This document shows positions 51,488 through 64,000 of a stretch of 64,000 bases of DNA, one piece after another (the stretch's first letter is position 1; every line of letters begins with the position of its first letter). The DNA lies in the NCBI GenBank assembly GCA_964016885.1, contig OZ024766.1:5208001-5272000 (forward strand), given 5' to 3'. Source of the stretch: Eledone cirrhosa (Eukaryota). Under the pieces are notes generated by a model, which worked only from the letters and a program-made list of their open reading frames with translations, was not told the origin of the DNA and ran no database searches. Position numbers and translations under genes: made by a program.

Positions 51488-53331
51488 CGTTGCTGGGCAA
51501 CGATGTTGTGATGTCAGCAAAATGGCGACAGGCTAGGGACGTGTTCTTGTCCAACATGGAATCCCTGAGTGAGAAGATGAAGCGGGAACCCCATCGTTTA
51601 ATCACCACAAGGGACCTGTTTGGCATGACAGAGAATGAGGACGTAAAACTGACAGATTCTGCTCAGAGCATCCAAGGAACTGACATCAAGAAGTACAAAG
51701 AAACTTATGAAGGACTTCCAGTGTTTGATGCTACCCTCACTGTCGAGACTGACGCAGTGACTGACCTCTATACTGGTCAAGTGACCGGGAAACTCGTCCA
51801 AAATCTTGACAAAGACATCGAATCTACGAAACCAAACGTCACTGAAGACGAAGCTGTGAAGTTAGCGGTGATGTACGGTAATTTCACGACAGAAGGGGTC
51901 CATATAGAGAGTGAGAAACCCCTGTTGGAGATCTATGTGAAGGACCAGAAAGGTTTCTTGGTATATCGAGTGAGATATTTCGCTGTGACTGATAAGAGAA
52001 ATTATCGATTCTGTATGATGATTGATGCTAAGACTGGAGACCTTCTTGAGAAATGGAACGCTCTGGAAAATAAACTAGTGCCTCATAAAATAGAAGGTAT
52101 TGGAGGTAATAAATTGATGGGGAAACATGTATATGGAGAGGACATGCCATATTTAAATGTGGAACAAAGTGGTGAAGATTGTTATTTTTTAAATGATATC
52201 GTTAAAGTTTTCAATATGAAGGGTAAAACGAATTTAAATGCCGATGAACAGAAAATTTATCATGCGAATTGTAAGAAAGGGTCGCAAGATAAAATTAATA
52301 ATGCTTATTCACCTATAAATGATGCTTTGTTTTATGGTTCGGTTGTCTACAACATGTACAAGGAATGGCTGAATGTGTCACCAGTAAAAGAGCTTCCTAT
52401 GATATTTGAAGTGCATTATGGTCGAGATTTTGCAAATGCTTTTTACAGTGGACAAGTCTTTACATTTGGTGATGGTAACAAAGATGAGATGCCCTTCGTC
52501 GTCTTAGATATGGTTGCCCATGAAGTCTCGCACTGTTTCACTGAGGAGAACTCTGGTTTGATATATGAAGCTCAATCAGGGGCAATAAATGAAGCTTACA
52601 GCGACCTGGCTGGAGCAGCAGTGGAATACTTTGAATTTGAAGAAAACAGTTGGGAATTCGGAGAGGACATTTCCTCCAAGCCAATACGGAAAATGTGTAA
52701 CCAATCAGATGACGGTTCTTCAATTATACACACCAGCAAATACAGTGATGACCTTGATGTACACGAATCTAGTGGTATATTTAACAGGTTTTTCTGCCTT
52801 TTGTCGAAAAGTGAGGGCTGGAATGTGCAAAAGACATTTCAGATAGTTGCCCTCGCCAATCGCTTCTATTGGCATCCAAAAACTGGCTTTAAAGAGGGCG
52901 CTTGCGATATTATAAAAGCCGCGTACGACCTTGGCTACGATTTGAAGGCCGTTAAGAAGTCTTTCAATAAGGTCGGCATTAAAGCGTGTGATATCTCTAT
53001 ATATGTACGTAGCGTCCATCAGAACTCGACTGTGGAGAAACTTAAATCTGTAGAAGGTGAGGAAGTCATCTTTAAACTTACCGTAAAGAAGACACCGTGG
53101 AAGAAAGTGAATGTCCTGACATTCTCCGGTGAAGGGGATGTGGATCTTTATGTTTGTTTCCGGAAGGTTAACTGTAAAGAACATCTCACGAAATGGAGAT
53201 CAGACAAACCTGGAACTGACCAACAGGTTACCATGACAAATCCAAAATCTGGTGAATATTTCATAAAGTTGAAACCTCAAACAAGGTCGTATTTCTCAGA
53301 AGTGACCATGAAAATAACATTTGAAGGATAA
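51488..53331 (+). CDS. M4 zinc metalloprotease, copy 3, exon 2; joins 47463-47508 to give 629 aa
   Basis: Intact 1844-nt exon with acceptor ag at 51486-51487 and HEVSH at 52519-52533. Differs from copy 2 at 6 aa. AATAAA at 53441. Confidence 0.93.
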
Positions 53332-53458
53332 CATAAATAGAGATAAAAAAATATATATTTCAACTATTATTTATAGTTATCTGCATGGTGGCAATTGAAG
53401 GAAAAAAATATATATACAAACTAAAAATTAACATTTGAAGAATAAAATACAGGAACAA

Positions 53459-53520
<62 letters not shown>

Positions 53521-54631
53521 TATATTTCAACTATTATCTATAGTTCTCTGCATGGTGGCAATTGAAGAATTAAAAAAAAATACATATACATATATTTCAA
53601 CTATTATCTATAGTTCTCTGCATGGTGGCAATTGAATAATTAAAAAAAATACATATATATATATTTCAACTATTATCTATAGTTCCCAGTATGGTGGTGA
53701 TTGAAGAAGAATAAAAAATATATTTAACTAAACAAGTATATTTCAACCTCGCTTTTTTCTTAACTATTATTGTAATTCTCTGCATGGTGGTGGCTGAAGA
53801 ATAAATTTGAAAAAAAAAAATGTTTTCAACTATTATTGTAATTCTCTGCATGGTGGTGACTGAAGAATAAATGCATAGTGACACACATGCACACACACAC
53901 ACACACGAACACACAGAAACACACACGCACACACAGTCACAAATAACAACACCACAACCACCACCAACACTAGTTATGTAACAAGGAAACAACACATCAC
54001 CCGGTCTGAGAATTAAACTCACAACTTTCGATTGCAAGGCCAATGCTCTAACCACTAAGCCATGTGCCTTCTTATAATTATATATTTGGGGAGAGTCATA
54101 TTGTTGTAATAATTGTTTCTACGTTAGGCACAAGGCCAGCAATTACCCAGTGCGTTGCTGGTACTTTGTTTTATCGACCCTGTAAGGATGAAAGGCAAAG
54201 TTAACTTCGGCGGGATTTGAACTCAGAATGGCAAGGGCCGTAACTCTATGCGTCAAAGCAGGCGTCCGACCCTCTACCGATACTGCCAATCCAAAATTAC
54301 CAGAAATAATAACAGAACACACTCACTGTTGAGTGATGTGGCTAATTGGCAGAGTCGTTAAGACGTCAGATAGAAAGTTTTACGGTATTTGTCCCAGCTT
54401 ATCGCGCACTCTGAGTTCAAATCCCGCCCAGGTCAACTTTGACTATCATCCGTTCGAGGTCGATAAAAAAAGTACCAGTGTTGTACTGAGGGTAAATTCT
54501 TCCTGTATAGAAAAAAATCAACCATGTGGAGACCTGGAGAGGGCTGGGCACTGCCAGGTTTAAAAGTGCCCTAGACACACCGTATGACAGTGTGTCTACG
54601 TCTCCACAAGCTGTTATGAGATCTTTATCCT

Positions 54632-54662
<31 letters not shown>

Positions 54663-55572
54663 CTTTTTTACGTCCGCTTTTCCCTGCTTGCAAGGGTGGG
54701 ACGGGAACTGATTCTGGCTTGATTTCTACAGCTGGATGCCCTTCCTAACACCAACCTCATTTACAGTGAGTGCTGTGTGCTTTTTTGCCGTGGCACCTCC
54801 ACGACCACTTTGCAGTGGAATGGTAGGGACCCCCAGTCCCTATCAGCTCATTTCTACAGCTGAGTAAACTGGAGCAATGTGAAATAAAGTGTCTTGCTCA
54901 AGGAAACAACACATCACCCGGTCTGAGAATTGAAATCACAACTTTCGATTGCAAGGCCAATGCTCTAACCACTAAGCCATGTGCCTTCTTATATTTATAT
55001 ATTTGGGGAGAGTCATATTGTTGTAATAATTGTTTCTAATTTTGGCACAAGGCCAGCAATCACCCAGTGCATTACTGGTACTTTATTTTATCGACCCTGT
55101 AAGGATGAAAGGCAAAGTTAACTTCGGCGGGATTTGAACTCAGAATGGCAAGGGCCGTAACACTATGTGTAAAAGTATGGCGTCCGACCCTCTACCGATA
55201 CTGCCAATCCAAAATTACCAGAAATAATAACAGAACACACTCACTGTTTGGTTGGTTTTTGGTTCTGCATCTTTTATATCTCCACAGTTAATAAAATAAA
55301 AATGGCGTAGACGTACAATACAACAGGAGAAACATAATAGTACCACTGATGATGTTGCAGATGTGCAACGAAAGAACTTTGTTAGACTATATATATATAT
55401 ATGTTTATATCTGTATTTTTAACCGTTGGTCATTCAATGATAAACATTGATTGCCAAATAAATTAACTGTGGAGATATAAAAGATACAGAAGTGACAACC
55501 AACCAAACAGTGAGTGTGTTCTGTTATTATTTCTGTCAATATTATTACAACAATATGACCCTCCCCAAGTAT

Positions 55573-55612
<40 letters not shown>

Positions 55613-56057
55613 ATTGATTGCCAAATAAATTAACTATGGAGATATAAAAGATACAGAAGTGAAAACCAACCAAACAGCGAGTGTGTTCTGTTATTATTTC
55701 TGGCAATATTATTACAACAATATGACCCTCCCCAAGTATAACAATATTATTACAACAATATGACCCTCCCCAAGTATAACAATATATATATATAATTAGA
55801 AAGTAACCAACACAATATATAACTCCTTCATTACCAATGGTTTCATGACCCCAGACAATGAGCGAACTAGACATATGATAATATTGTCTGGAGTCCTAAA
55901 ACCTTTGGTAATGGAGTAGATATATTTTGTGTTGTTTACTTTCTAATTAAATAGCTCTGTTTTATACATAGAGCATTCTTTTTTCCTTTGCTTTTTCTTC
56001 GGAAATACTTAACATATATATATATATTGGATTCTGTCGATCGATTGGTTATTGATT

Positions 56058-56180
56058 AGGTGATACCCGCTGATGAAGCCGCATAAGCCGATTGTGCATT
56101 GTTGCATAATATATGCAGACAGATGGTGCAGTGCACCTTACTGCTGCAATAGTGCGGCAGAAACTCGAGTCCGGGAACCT
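56058..56180 (+). ncRNA. Type I hammerhead ribozyme motif (duplicate of 42707-42829)
   Basis: CTGATGA at 56070-56076; GAAACTCGAGTC at 56160-56171. Confidence 0.7.
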
Positions 56181-57359
56181 TATAGGCACCCGATTTACGT
56201 GTGTTGTGTTGAAGCAAATAACTATGTGTATACTCTGGTAATGTATCTTACATTGCCTATTGAGTGCGCTGAGATACAACCGGTACTGGCATTGATAAAT
56301 ATGCTGGGTCCGTCAACCCTTATTATATATGTATATCATCATCATCATCATCATCGTTTAACGTCCATATTCCACGCTAGCATGGCTTTGGACGGGAGTT
56401 TTCCCACTTGAGGCAACAGTGGTTGTCCTGCTCGTATAGGACTGTCTGGCAGGTTTTCTACGGCTGGATGCCCTTCCTAACACCAACCACATTTACAGTG
56501 TGAGGCTAGGAGGTTTTTACCATGTTACCTACACTACCACATTACAGCGTGGACTGTCTGGCGTGTTTTCTATAGATGGATGCCCTTCCTAACACCAACC
56601 ACATTTACAGTGTGGAACTGGGAGCTTTTTACCGTGTTACCTACACTGCCACATTACACCGTGGACTGTGTGTTTTTTTTTGTCGTGACACCTACACGAC
56701 CTCATTTGTTTAGGACTGGATGTTGTGGTACCAACATAACTTTACATTGGTGTGGATGGGGTGGGGGTGGTGGGACGGGGGTGTATTTTGTTAGAGGTGC
56801 CTACTGACTGTAGTAGGTTTTACTTTGTATTTAGGTAAGGCGGGTCTTCTCTATTATATATATATATATATATATAGGAACGAGTAGGACCCCGACGGCT
56901 GAGTTCAAGCCGTTTCGACGCTCATACCAGTAACGACGCTTTACCTGTCTTCCAGGAATTTAATTCTGAGCTCTGCCGTCGGGGTCCTACTCGTTCCTAT
57001 CACCCACTCTACTACCCTAAGTATTGAGTACTTTGGTGCGTTATGGTCCATCTGGTTCCTTACCACATTTCCTTTGTTATATATATATATATATATAATA
57101 CATATATATGTATATATATATATCTATACATATATATGTATATATATATATACATATATATGTATATATATATAAATATATAGATATATATATATGTATA
57201 TGTATATCTATACATATATATATATATATATATGTAGGAGGTGAGTTTTATTGTAGTACAATAAAGCAATGCAGATATCGGATAAGAAGCACTCTACAGT
57301 TTGTGGGACTGGAGTATGCATAATATAAGATCAAAAGATGGTTAAAGGAGTTCAATATA

Positions 57360-57426
57360 TTTTATTATGCGCATTTCAAAAACAAACATCATCAAACAAT
57401 AATATTTGTGTTTTCATCAGATAAAA
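57360..57426 (-). ncRNA. Minimal type I hammerhead ribozyme
   Basis: Reverse-complement copy of 58583-58649. Confidence 0.8.
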
Positions 57427-58582
57427 CAGGAGAACATGATATGAAGGCTAAAAAAACACTTGTTGATAGTGCAGTTTTAAATCAACATATGAAAAGTGGT
57501 TTTAGATTGATGTGTGATATTGGGAAAAATAGACGCTCGGATTTGTTTTCCATCTGCCTTCATAAATTCCATAGAACTTTTCACAAAGTATACAGTTAAT
57601 ATTCAATTCTTTATCAATTTAGAATCTTTTCTCAAAGGCACATATACATACACCTCTTTAAAATATACCCATCTACCTTACTTTAAAGGGCATTATACAC
57701 TCTATAGTACTCGTTTATTCATTTACCTCATCCTATCTTCTCGTAAAACAATAACATTTGTTTTTGACATTTTGAATATTCATCCGCAATCATTATTATT
57801 TTTTCTCTCTATCATAAATCTTTTTAATCTCAATTTCATCCTTAATTTATTATTATTATTTTTTTCTCCCCATCAACGAACTCATTATTAATACATATGA
57901 ATTCAATATAAATTTTTCTCAAATCCTATACATAAACTTTTTCTCTTTGCTAATTTTAAGATTCCTACATTTCTCCTTTTGAATATTCACCCACAATTAT
58001 TATTTTTTTCTCTCTATCTCCATACATAATCTCCCTTCGTTATTTTTTTCTCTCTATCTCCATACATAATTTCCCTTCGTTAATTTTCAAATTCCTTTAA
58101 TTTATACATTATCTTCCAACGGTTCCCAACCTCTCTATATTAAAACATTATATCTTTTTCTCAGTTATAAAAACTATCTCTTTCTCTCTATCACCCATCT
58201 CTCCCTTTCCACCTTCACTCTCATCTCCTCCCTTTTTTTCATCCTTTCCACCCCCACCCCTCCCTAAATATAATATATTTTTTCCTCGCACATATCCTCC
58301 CTTCGTTAATTTTCAAAATTTTTAATTTATACAGTATCTTCCAACGGTTTTCAACCCCTCTATATAAAATATATCTCCTCTCTGTTATAAAAACTATCTC
58401 TTTCTCTCTATCACCCATCTCTCCCTCTCATCTCCTTCCCTTTTCATCCTTTTCTCTCCCCCCCTCTCTAAATAAAATATTTTTCCCAATATCACACATC
58501 AATCTAAAACCACTTTTCATATGTTGATTTAAAACTGCACTATCAACAAGTGTTTTTTTAGCCTTCATATCATGTTCTCCTG

Positions 58583-58649
58583 TTTTATCTGATGAAAACA
58601 CAAATATTATTGTTTGATGATGTTTGTTTTTGAAATGCGCATAATAAAA
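58583..58649 (+). ncRNA. Minimal type I hammerhead ribozyme
   Basis: ttttat-CTGATGA-[aaacacaaatattatt gttt gatgatgtttgttttt]-GAAA-T-GCGC-A-TA-ataaaa. It has a 6-bp stem I, a long stem II with G-U pairs, a palindromic GCGC loop III and an AUA site ending at 58643. Confidence 0.8.
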
Positions 58650-58708
58650 TATATTGAACTCCTTTAACCATCTTTTGATCTTATATTATATATATATATA
58701 TGTATATG

Positions 58709-58749
<41 letters not shown>

Positions 58750-58750
58750 G

Positions 58751-59096
<346 letters not shown>

Positions 59097-59099
59097 CAT

Positions 59100-59167
<68 letters not shown>

Positions 59168-59904
59168 ATGTGGTATACATTTATACATACATCAATTATA
59201 TATGTATATAATTATATACATAAATGGAATAGAATGAAACGAAATTTCATTTCTCACTCTTAGTACGGCACTTACTTAAATGTAAGTATGTATGTATACG
59301 TACATATATATATACAGACGTACAGTAGCATGTATATATATACATACAGGCACACATATATACATGCACGTATCAGTTTACCGAACATTTATTATAATGC
59401 TCGGTCTGTTCGTTTGTAAACAAACAAACAGCCTGAATTACGCCGTACAGTGTTTAGGCAACCACGTCACCTTTTTGTTCAACACTGACACAGGAACGAT
59501 GTACTAGTTTCAAGCTTATTAGCTATCGTCAGCACCGTATACCTTTCTGCCAGATGGTTGAACGTCCGAAAGTATATACTTTCCTTATGAAAATTAACGG
59601 CTGAGCAGCCTAAGTTGCATATCGAGTGAGTTCTGTCGGCCAGGCGCACCGAAAACGATAAATGGAATAGAATGAAACGGCGTAATTCAGGCTGTTTGTT
59701 TGTTTACAAACGAACAAACCGAGCATTGTAATAAATGTTCGGTAAACTGATACGTGCATATATGATACAGTAAACTGATAATAATAATGAAATTATTGTG
59801 TAAAGTGCTCAGGTGCACTACAACTCGTCAATATAGTACATAGAATAATACACAAATGTCAGGGAAGTACATGTGTGTATGTGTTAGCTGTTCTGTTGGC
59901 GGAT

Positions 59905-60487
59905 CTCGGGAAGCATGGAGGCCTTAAAGGATGCAGTGTCTCGACAGCTAACAACTGATGCAGGTAGTTTGTTCCATGGAGGCCTTAAAGGATGCAGTGT
60001 CTCGACAGCTAACAACTGATGCAGGTAGTTTGTTCCATGGAGGCCTTAAAGGATGCAGTGTCTCGACAGCTAACAACTGATGCAGGTAGTTTGTTCTATG
60101 GAGGCCTTAAAGGATGCAGTGTCTCGACAGCTAACAACTGATGCAGGTAGTTTGTTCCATGCTTCAGCAACTCTGAGCGTGAAAAAATGTTTCCGAAAGT
60201 CATGGGAACTGTGCTGTTTTCTTACTTTGTGGGCATGTCCACGTGTGTTAGACACATGGAAATCGAAAAGGCACTCAGGGTTGTTGTTGGCAACATGGTT
60301 AACAATTTTGTGGGTGTTTACCAAGTCAGTTGCCAGGCGTCGGAGCTTCAATGAATCCATGCCCAGGGAAGCAAGGCGCTCAGAGTATGGTAGATGCCTG
60401 ATGGAGGGTATTCGCTTGGTTGCACGTCTCTGAACAGTTTCCAGGCGGTCAATGTCCTGAGCAAGATAGGGGCTCCAGACTGGTGAT
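59905..60487 (-). mobile_element. CR1/L2-type LINE 3' fragment (paralog of 45030-45672)
   Basis: Same translation. The 61-bp unit occurs 4x. Confidence 0.9.
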
Positions 60488-61100
60488 ACGTGCCTGTATA
60501 TATATATATACATGCTACTGTACGTCTGTATACATATATGTATGTACGTATACATACATACTTACATTTAATTATATACAGATTTACATATAATTATATA
60601 TATATTAAAAACAAATAACGAAACGAAATTAAATTTCGTGCTCACAGTAAAGCAACCAGTGAAAGACTTGTTACACCTACATATGTATACGTGTGTGTAT
60701 TCATATACACACTAGTATTTCAGTATGCATATGTAGATGTACATTTTTAACTTAATTGTATATATATATTTATATACATATATGTGTGTATTTATGTGGA
60801 TATATATATATAAACATGTGCACATATATATTTATTTATATACATACATACACATGTCATCATCATCATCATCATCATCATTTTACATCCGCTTTTCCCT
60901 GTTTGTGTCTGTGATAAAACATGAGGATGATTACAGTAGTTGTCTCAAGTTACCCTCCAGTGTCTGGTGGAAATCTGCTCACTTAAACCACATCACACCA
61001 CATCTTCAGGATCTTCAGAGAGCGAGGCCTTCCTTGATGGACTGAGAGACCCGAACTGTCACCTCTAGTCTAACAAACTCCCTACATCTTCAGTATCTTC

Positions 61101-63540
61101 AAAGTTTCACCAAGTAACCCCAACCAGAACCTCAACTGTCCTGGCCACAGCTCCTGTCCAAAGTTTCACCAAGTAAACACAACCAGAACCTCAGCTCTCC
61201 TGGCCACAGCTCCTGTCCAAAGTTTCACCAAGTAAACACAACCAGAACCTCAACTCTCCTGGCCACAGCTCCTGTCCAAAGTTTCACCAAGTAACCACAA
61301 CCAGAACCTCAGCTCTCCTGGCCACAGCTCCTGTCCAAAGTTTCACCAAGTAAACACAACCAGAACCTCAACTCTCCTGGCCACAGCTCCTGTCCAAAGT
61401 TTCACCAAGTAACCACAGCCAGAACCTCAGCTCTCCTGGCCACAGCTCCTGTCCAAAGTTTCACCAAGTAACCACAACCAGAACCTCAGCTCTCCTGGCC
61501 ACAGCTCCTGTCCAATGTTTCACCAAGTAACCACAACCAGAACCTCAGCTCTCCTGGCCACAGCTCCTGTCCAAAGTTTCACCAAGTAACCACAACCAGA
61601 ACCTCAACTCTCCTGGCCACAGCTCCTGTCCAAAGTTTCACCAAGTAACCACAACCAGAACCTCAGCTCTCCTGGCCACAGCTCCTGTCCAAAGTTTCAC
61701 CAAGTAACCACAACCAGAACCTCAACTCTCCTGGCCACAGCTCCTGTCCAAAGTTTCACCAAGTAACCACAACCAGAACCTCAGCTCTCCTGGCCACAGC
61801 TCCTGTCCAAAGTTTCACCAAGTAACCACAACCAGAACCTCAGCTCTCCTGGCCACAGCTCCTGTCCAAAGTTTCACCAAGTAACCACAACCAGAACCTC
61901 AGCTCTCCTGGCCACAGCTCCTGTCCAAAGTTTCACCAAGTAACCACAACCAGAACCTCAACTCTCCTGGCCACAGCTCCTGTCCAAAGTTTCACCAAGT
62001 GACCCCAACCAGAACCTCAGCTCTCCTGGCCACAGCTCCTGTCCAAAGTTTCACCAAGTAACCACAACCAGAACCTCAACTCTCCTGGCCACAGCTCCTG
62101 TCCAAAGTTTCACCAAGTAACCACAACCAGAATCTCAGCTCTCCTGGCCACAGCTCCTGTCCAAAGTTTCACCAAGTAACCACAACCAGAACCTCAGCTG
62201 TCCTGGCCACAGCTCCTGTCCAAAGTTTCACCAAGTGACCACAGCCAGAACCTCAGCTCTCCTGGCCACAGCTCCTGTCCAAAGTTTCACCAAGTAAACA
62301 CAGCCAGAACCTCAGCTCTCCTGGCCACAGCTCCTGTCCAAAGTTTCACCAAGTAAACACAACCAGAACCTCAGCTCTCCTGGCCACAGCTCCTGTCCAA
62401 AGGTTCACCAAGTAAACACAGCCAGAACCTCAGCTGTCCTGGCCACAGCTCCTGTCCAAAGTTTCACCAAGTGACCCCAACCAGAACCTCAACTCTCCTG
62501 GCCACAATTCCTGTCCAAAGTTTCACCAAGTAAACACAACCAGAACCTCAACTCTCCTGGCCACAGCTCCTGTCCAAAGTTTCACCAAGTAACCACAGCC
62601 AGAACCTCAGCTCTCCTGGCCACAGCTCCTGTCCAAAGTTTCACCAAGTAACCACAGCCAGAACCTCAGCTCTCCTGGCCACAGCTCCTGTCCAAAGTTT
62701 CACCAAGTAACCACAACCAGAACCTCAGCTCTCCTGGCCACAGCTCCTGTCCAAAGTTTCACCAAGTAACCACAGCCAGAACCTCAGCTCTCCTGGCCAC
62801 AGCTCCTGTCCAAAGTTTCACCAAGTAACCACAGCCAGAACCTCAGCTGTCCTGGCCACAGCTCCTGTCCAAAGTTTCACCAAGTGACCCCAACCAGAAC
62901 CTCAACTCTCCTGGCCACAATTCCTGTCCAAAGTTTCACCAAGTAACCACAACCAGAACCTCAGCTCTCCTGGCCACAGCTCCTGTCCAAAGTTTCACCA
63001 AGTAACCACAACCAGAACCTCAGCTCTCCTGGCCACAGCTCCTGTCCAAAGTTTCACCAAGTGACCCCAACCAGAACCTCAGCTCTCCTGGCCACAGCTC
63101 CTGTCCAAAGTTTCACCAAGTAACCACAGCCAGAACCTCAGCTGTCCTGGCCACAGCTCCTGTCCAAAGTTTCACCAAGTAACCACAACCAGAACCTCAG
63201 CTCTCCTGGCCACAGCTCCTGTCCAAAGTTTCACCAAGTGACCCCAACCAGAACCTCAACTCTCCTGGCCACAATTCCTGTCCAAAGTTTCACCAAGTAA
63301 CCACAGCCAGAACCTCAGCTCTCCTGGCCACAGCTCCTGTCCAAAGTTTCACCAAGTAACCACAACCAGAAACTCAGCTGTCCTGGTCACAGCTTCTGTC
63401 CAAAGTTTCAGGAAGTGACCACAACCAGAACCTCAGCTCTCCTGGCCACAGCTTCTGTCCAAAGTTTCACCAAGTAACCACAACCAGAACCTCAGCTCTC
63501 CTGGCCACAGCTCCTGTCCAAAGGTTCACCAAGTAACCAC
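61101..63540 (+). repeat. 59-bp VNTR upstream of M4 copy 4 (~41 units)
   Basis: Same unit as the other 59-bp arrays. Confidence 0.95.
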
Positions 63541-63572
63541 CTCTTGCTGACCTTGTATCACTCTGACTCAAA

Positions 63573-63621
63573 ATGATGACCTCCAGCATTGACCTTTCCT
63601 TCCTCTTTCTCGTGACAGTTG
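63573..63621 (+). CDS. M4 protease copy 4, exon 1 (MMTSSIDLSFLFLVTV); remainder expected beyond the window
   Basis: Identical to copy 1 exon 1. Donor gtgagt at 63622. Confidence 0.75.
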
Positions 63622-63866
63622 GTGAGTTGATCTTTATTGTTTGGAAAGTAACTTAAAACAGGTTCTTACATGAAAGTATGTCATAAAGTTCTTAGATAAA
63701 TATAAACACTTTAACCCTTTTCTTATTATATTTGTTATGAAAGGCACCGGTGATTGGAACATAACTTAACAAAGGATTTAACACAAAATTCTTACTAAAA
63801 TACTAACTTAACAAATGGTTCTTATATAAAATTATGTTGGAAGATTTAAATTTAAATCAGAACCCA

Positions 63867-64000
63867 TTAACCCTTTACCATTTACATTACTCTATATATA
63901 CTATTGTATTGTCACAGTAAAGGCTTTACCTCATATAATATCTCACATAACATTTACATTACTCTATATATACTATTGTATTGTCACAGTAAAGGCTTTA
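63867..64000 (-). repeat. Start of the 72-bp intronic VNTR (copy 4)
   Basis: ttaaccctttaccatttacattactctatatatactattg..., in the same gene-relative orientation as copy 1. Confidence 0.85.

Larger units (their letters stand above)
57233..58687. mobile_element. Penelope-like element remnant with ~210-bp inverted termini, present only in unit 2
   Basis: 57321-57530 is the reverse complement of 58478-58687 and both arms carry a hammerhead motif. The element is absent from the (TA)n tract of unit 1 (~43860-43930). Confidence 0.75.

Overview
This is repeat-rich animal genomic DNA. The SINE/MITE families and the (TA)n load suggest a coleoid cephalopod such as Octopus (inference). The main content is a cluster of genes for a secreted thermolysin-family (M4) zinc metalloprotease of the LasB/vibriolysin type, with an FTP+PepSY propeptide, a HEVSH..E catalytic domain and one C-terminal PPC domain. 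The ORF track misses the real gene structure. Each copy has a 46-49 nt signal-peptide exon (e.g. MMTSSIDLSFLFLVTV-G|gtgagt), then a 3-5 kb phase-1 intron, then a single 1844-nt exon carrying the whole bacterial-type pro-enzyme. There are three full copies: one on the minus strand and two on plus inside ~15-kb tandem units. Exon 1 of a fourth copy lies at the window end. The paralogs are nearly identical in propeptide and PPC domain but differ at ~36 catalytic-domain residues, including S1'-pocket positions. A 59-bp VNTR of ~19-41 units abuts every exon 1. The rest is minisatellites (many derived from TE ends), LINE/SINE/MITE fragments, fold-back repeats and Penelope-type hammerhead ribozyme motifs. 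Most other ORFs in the track are repeat artefacts.
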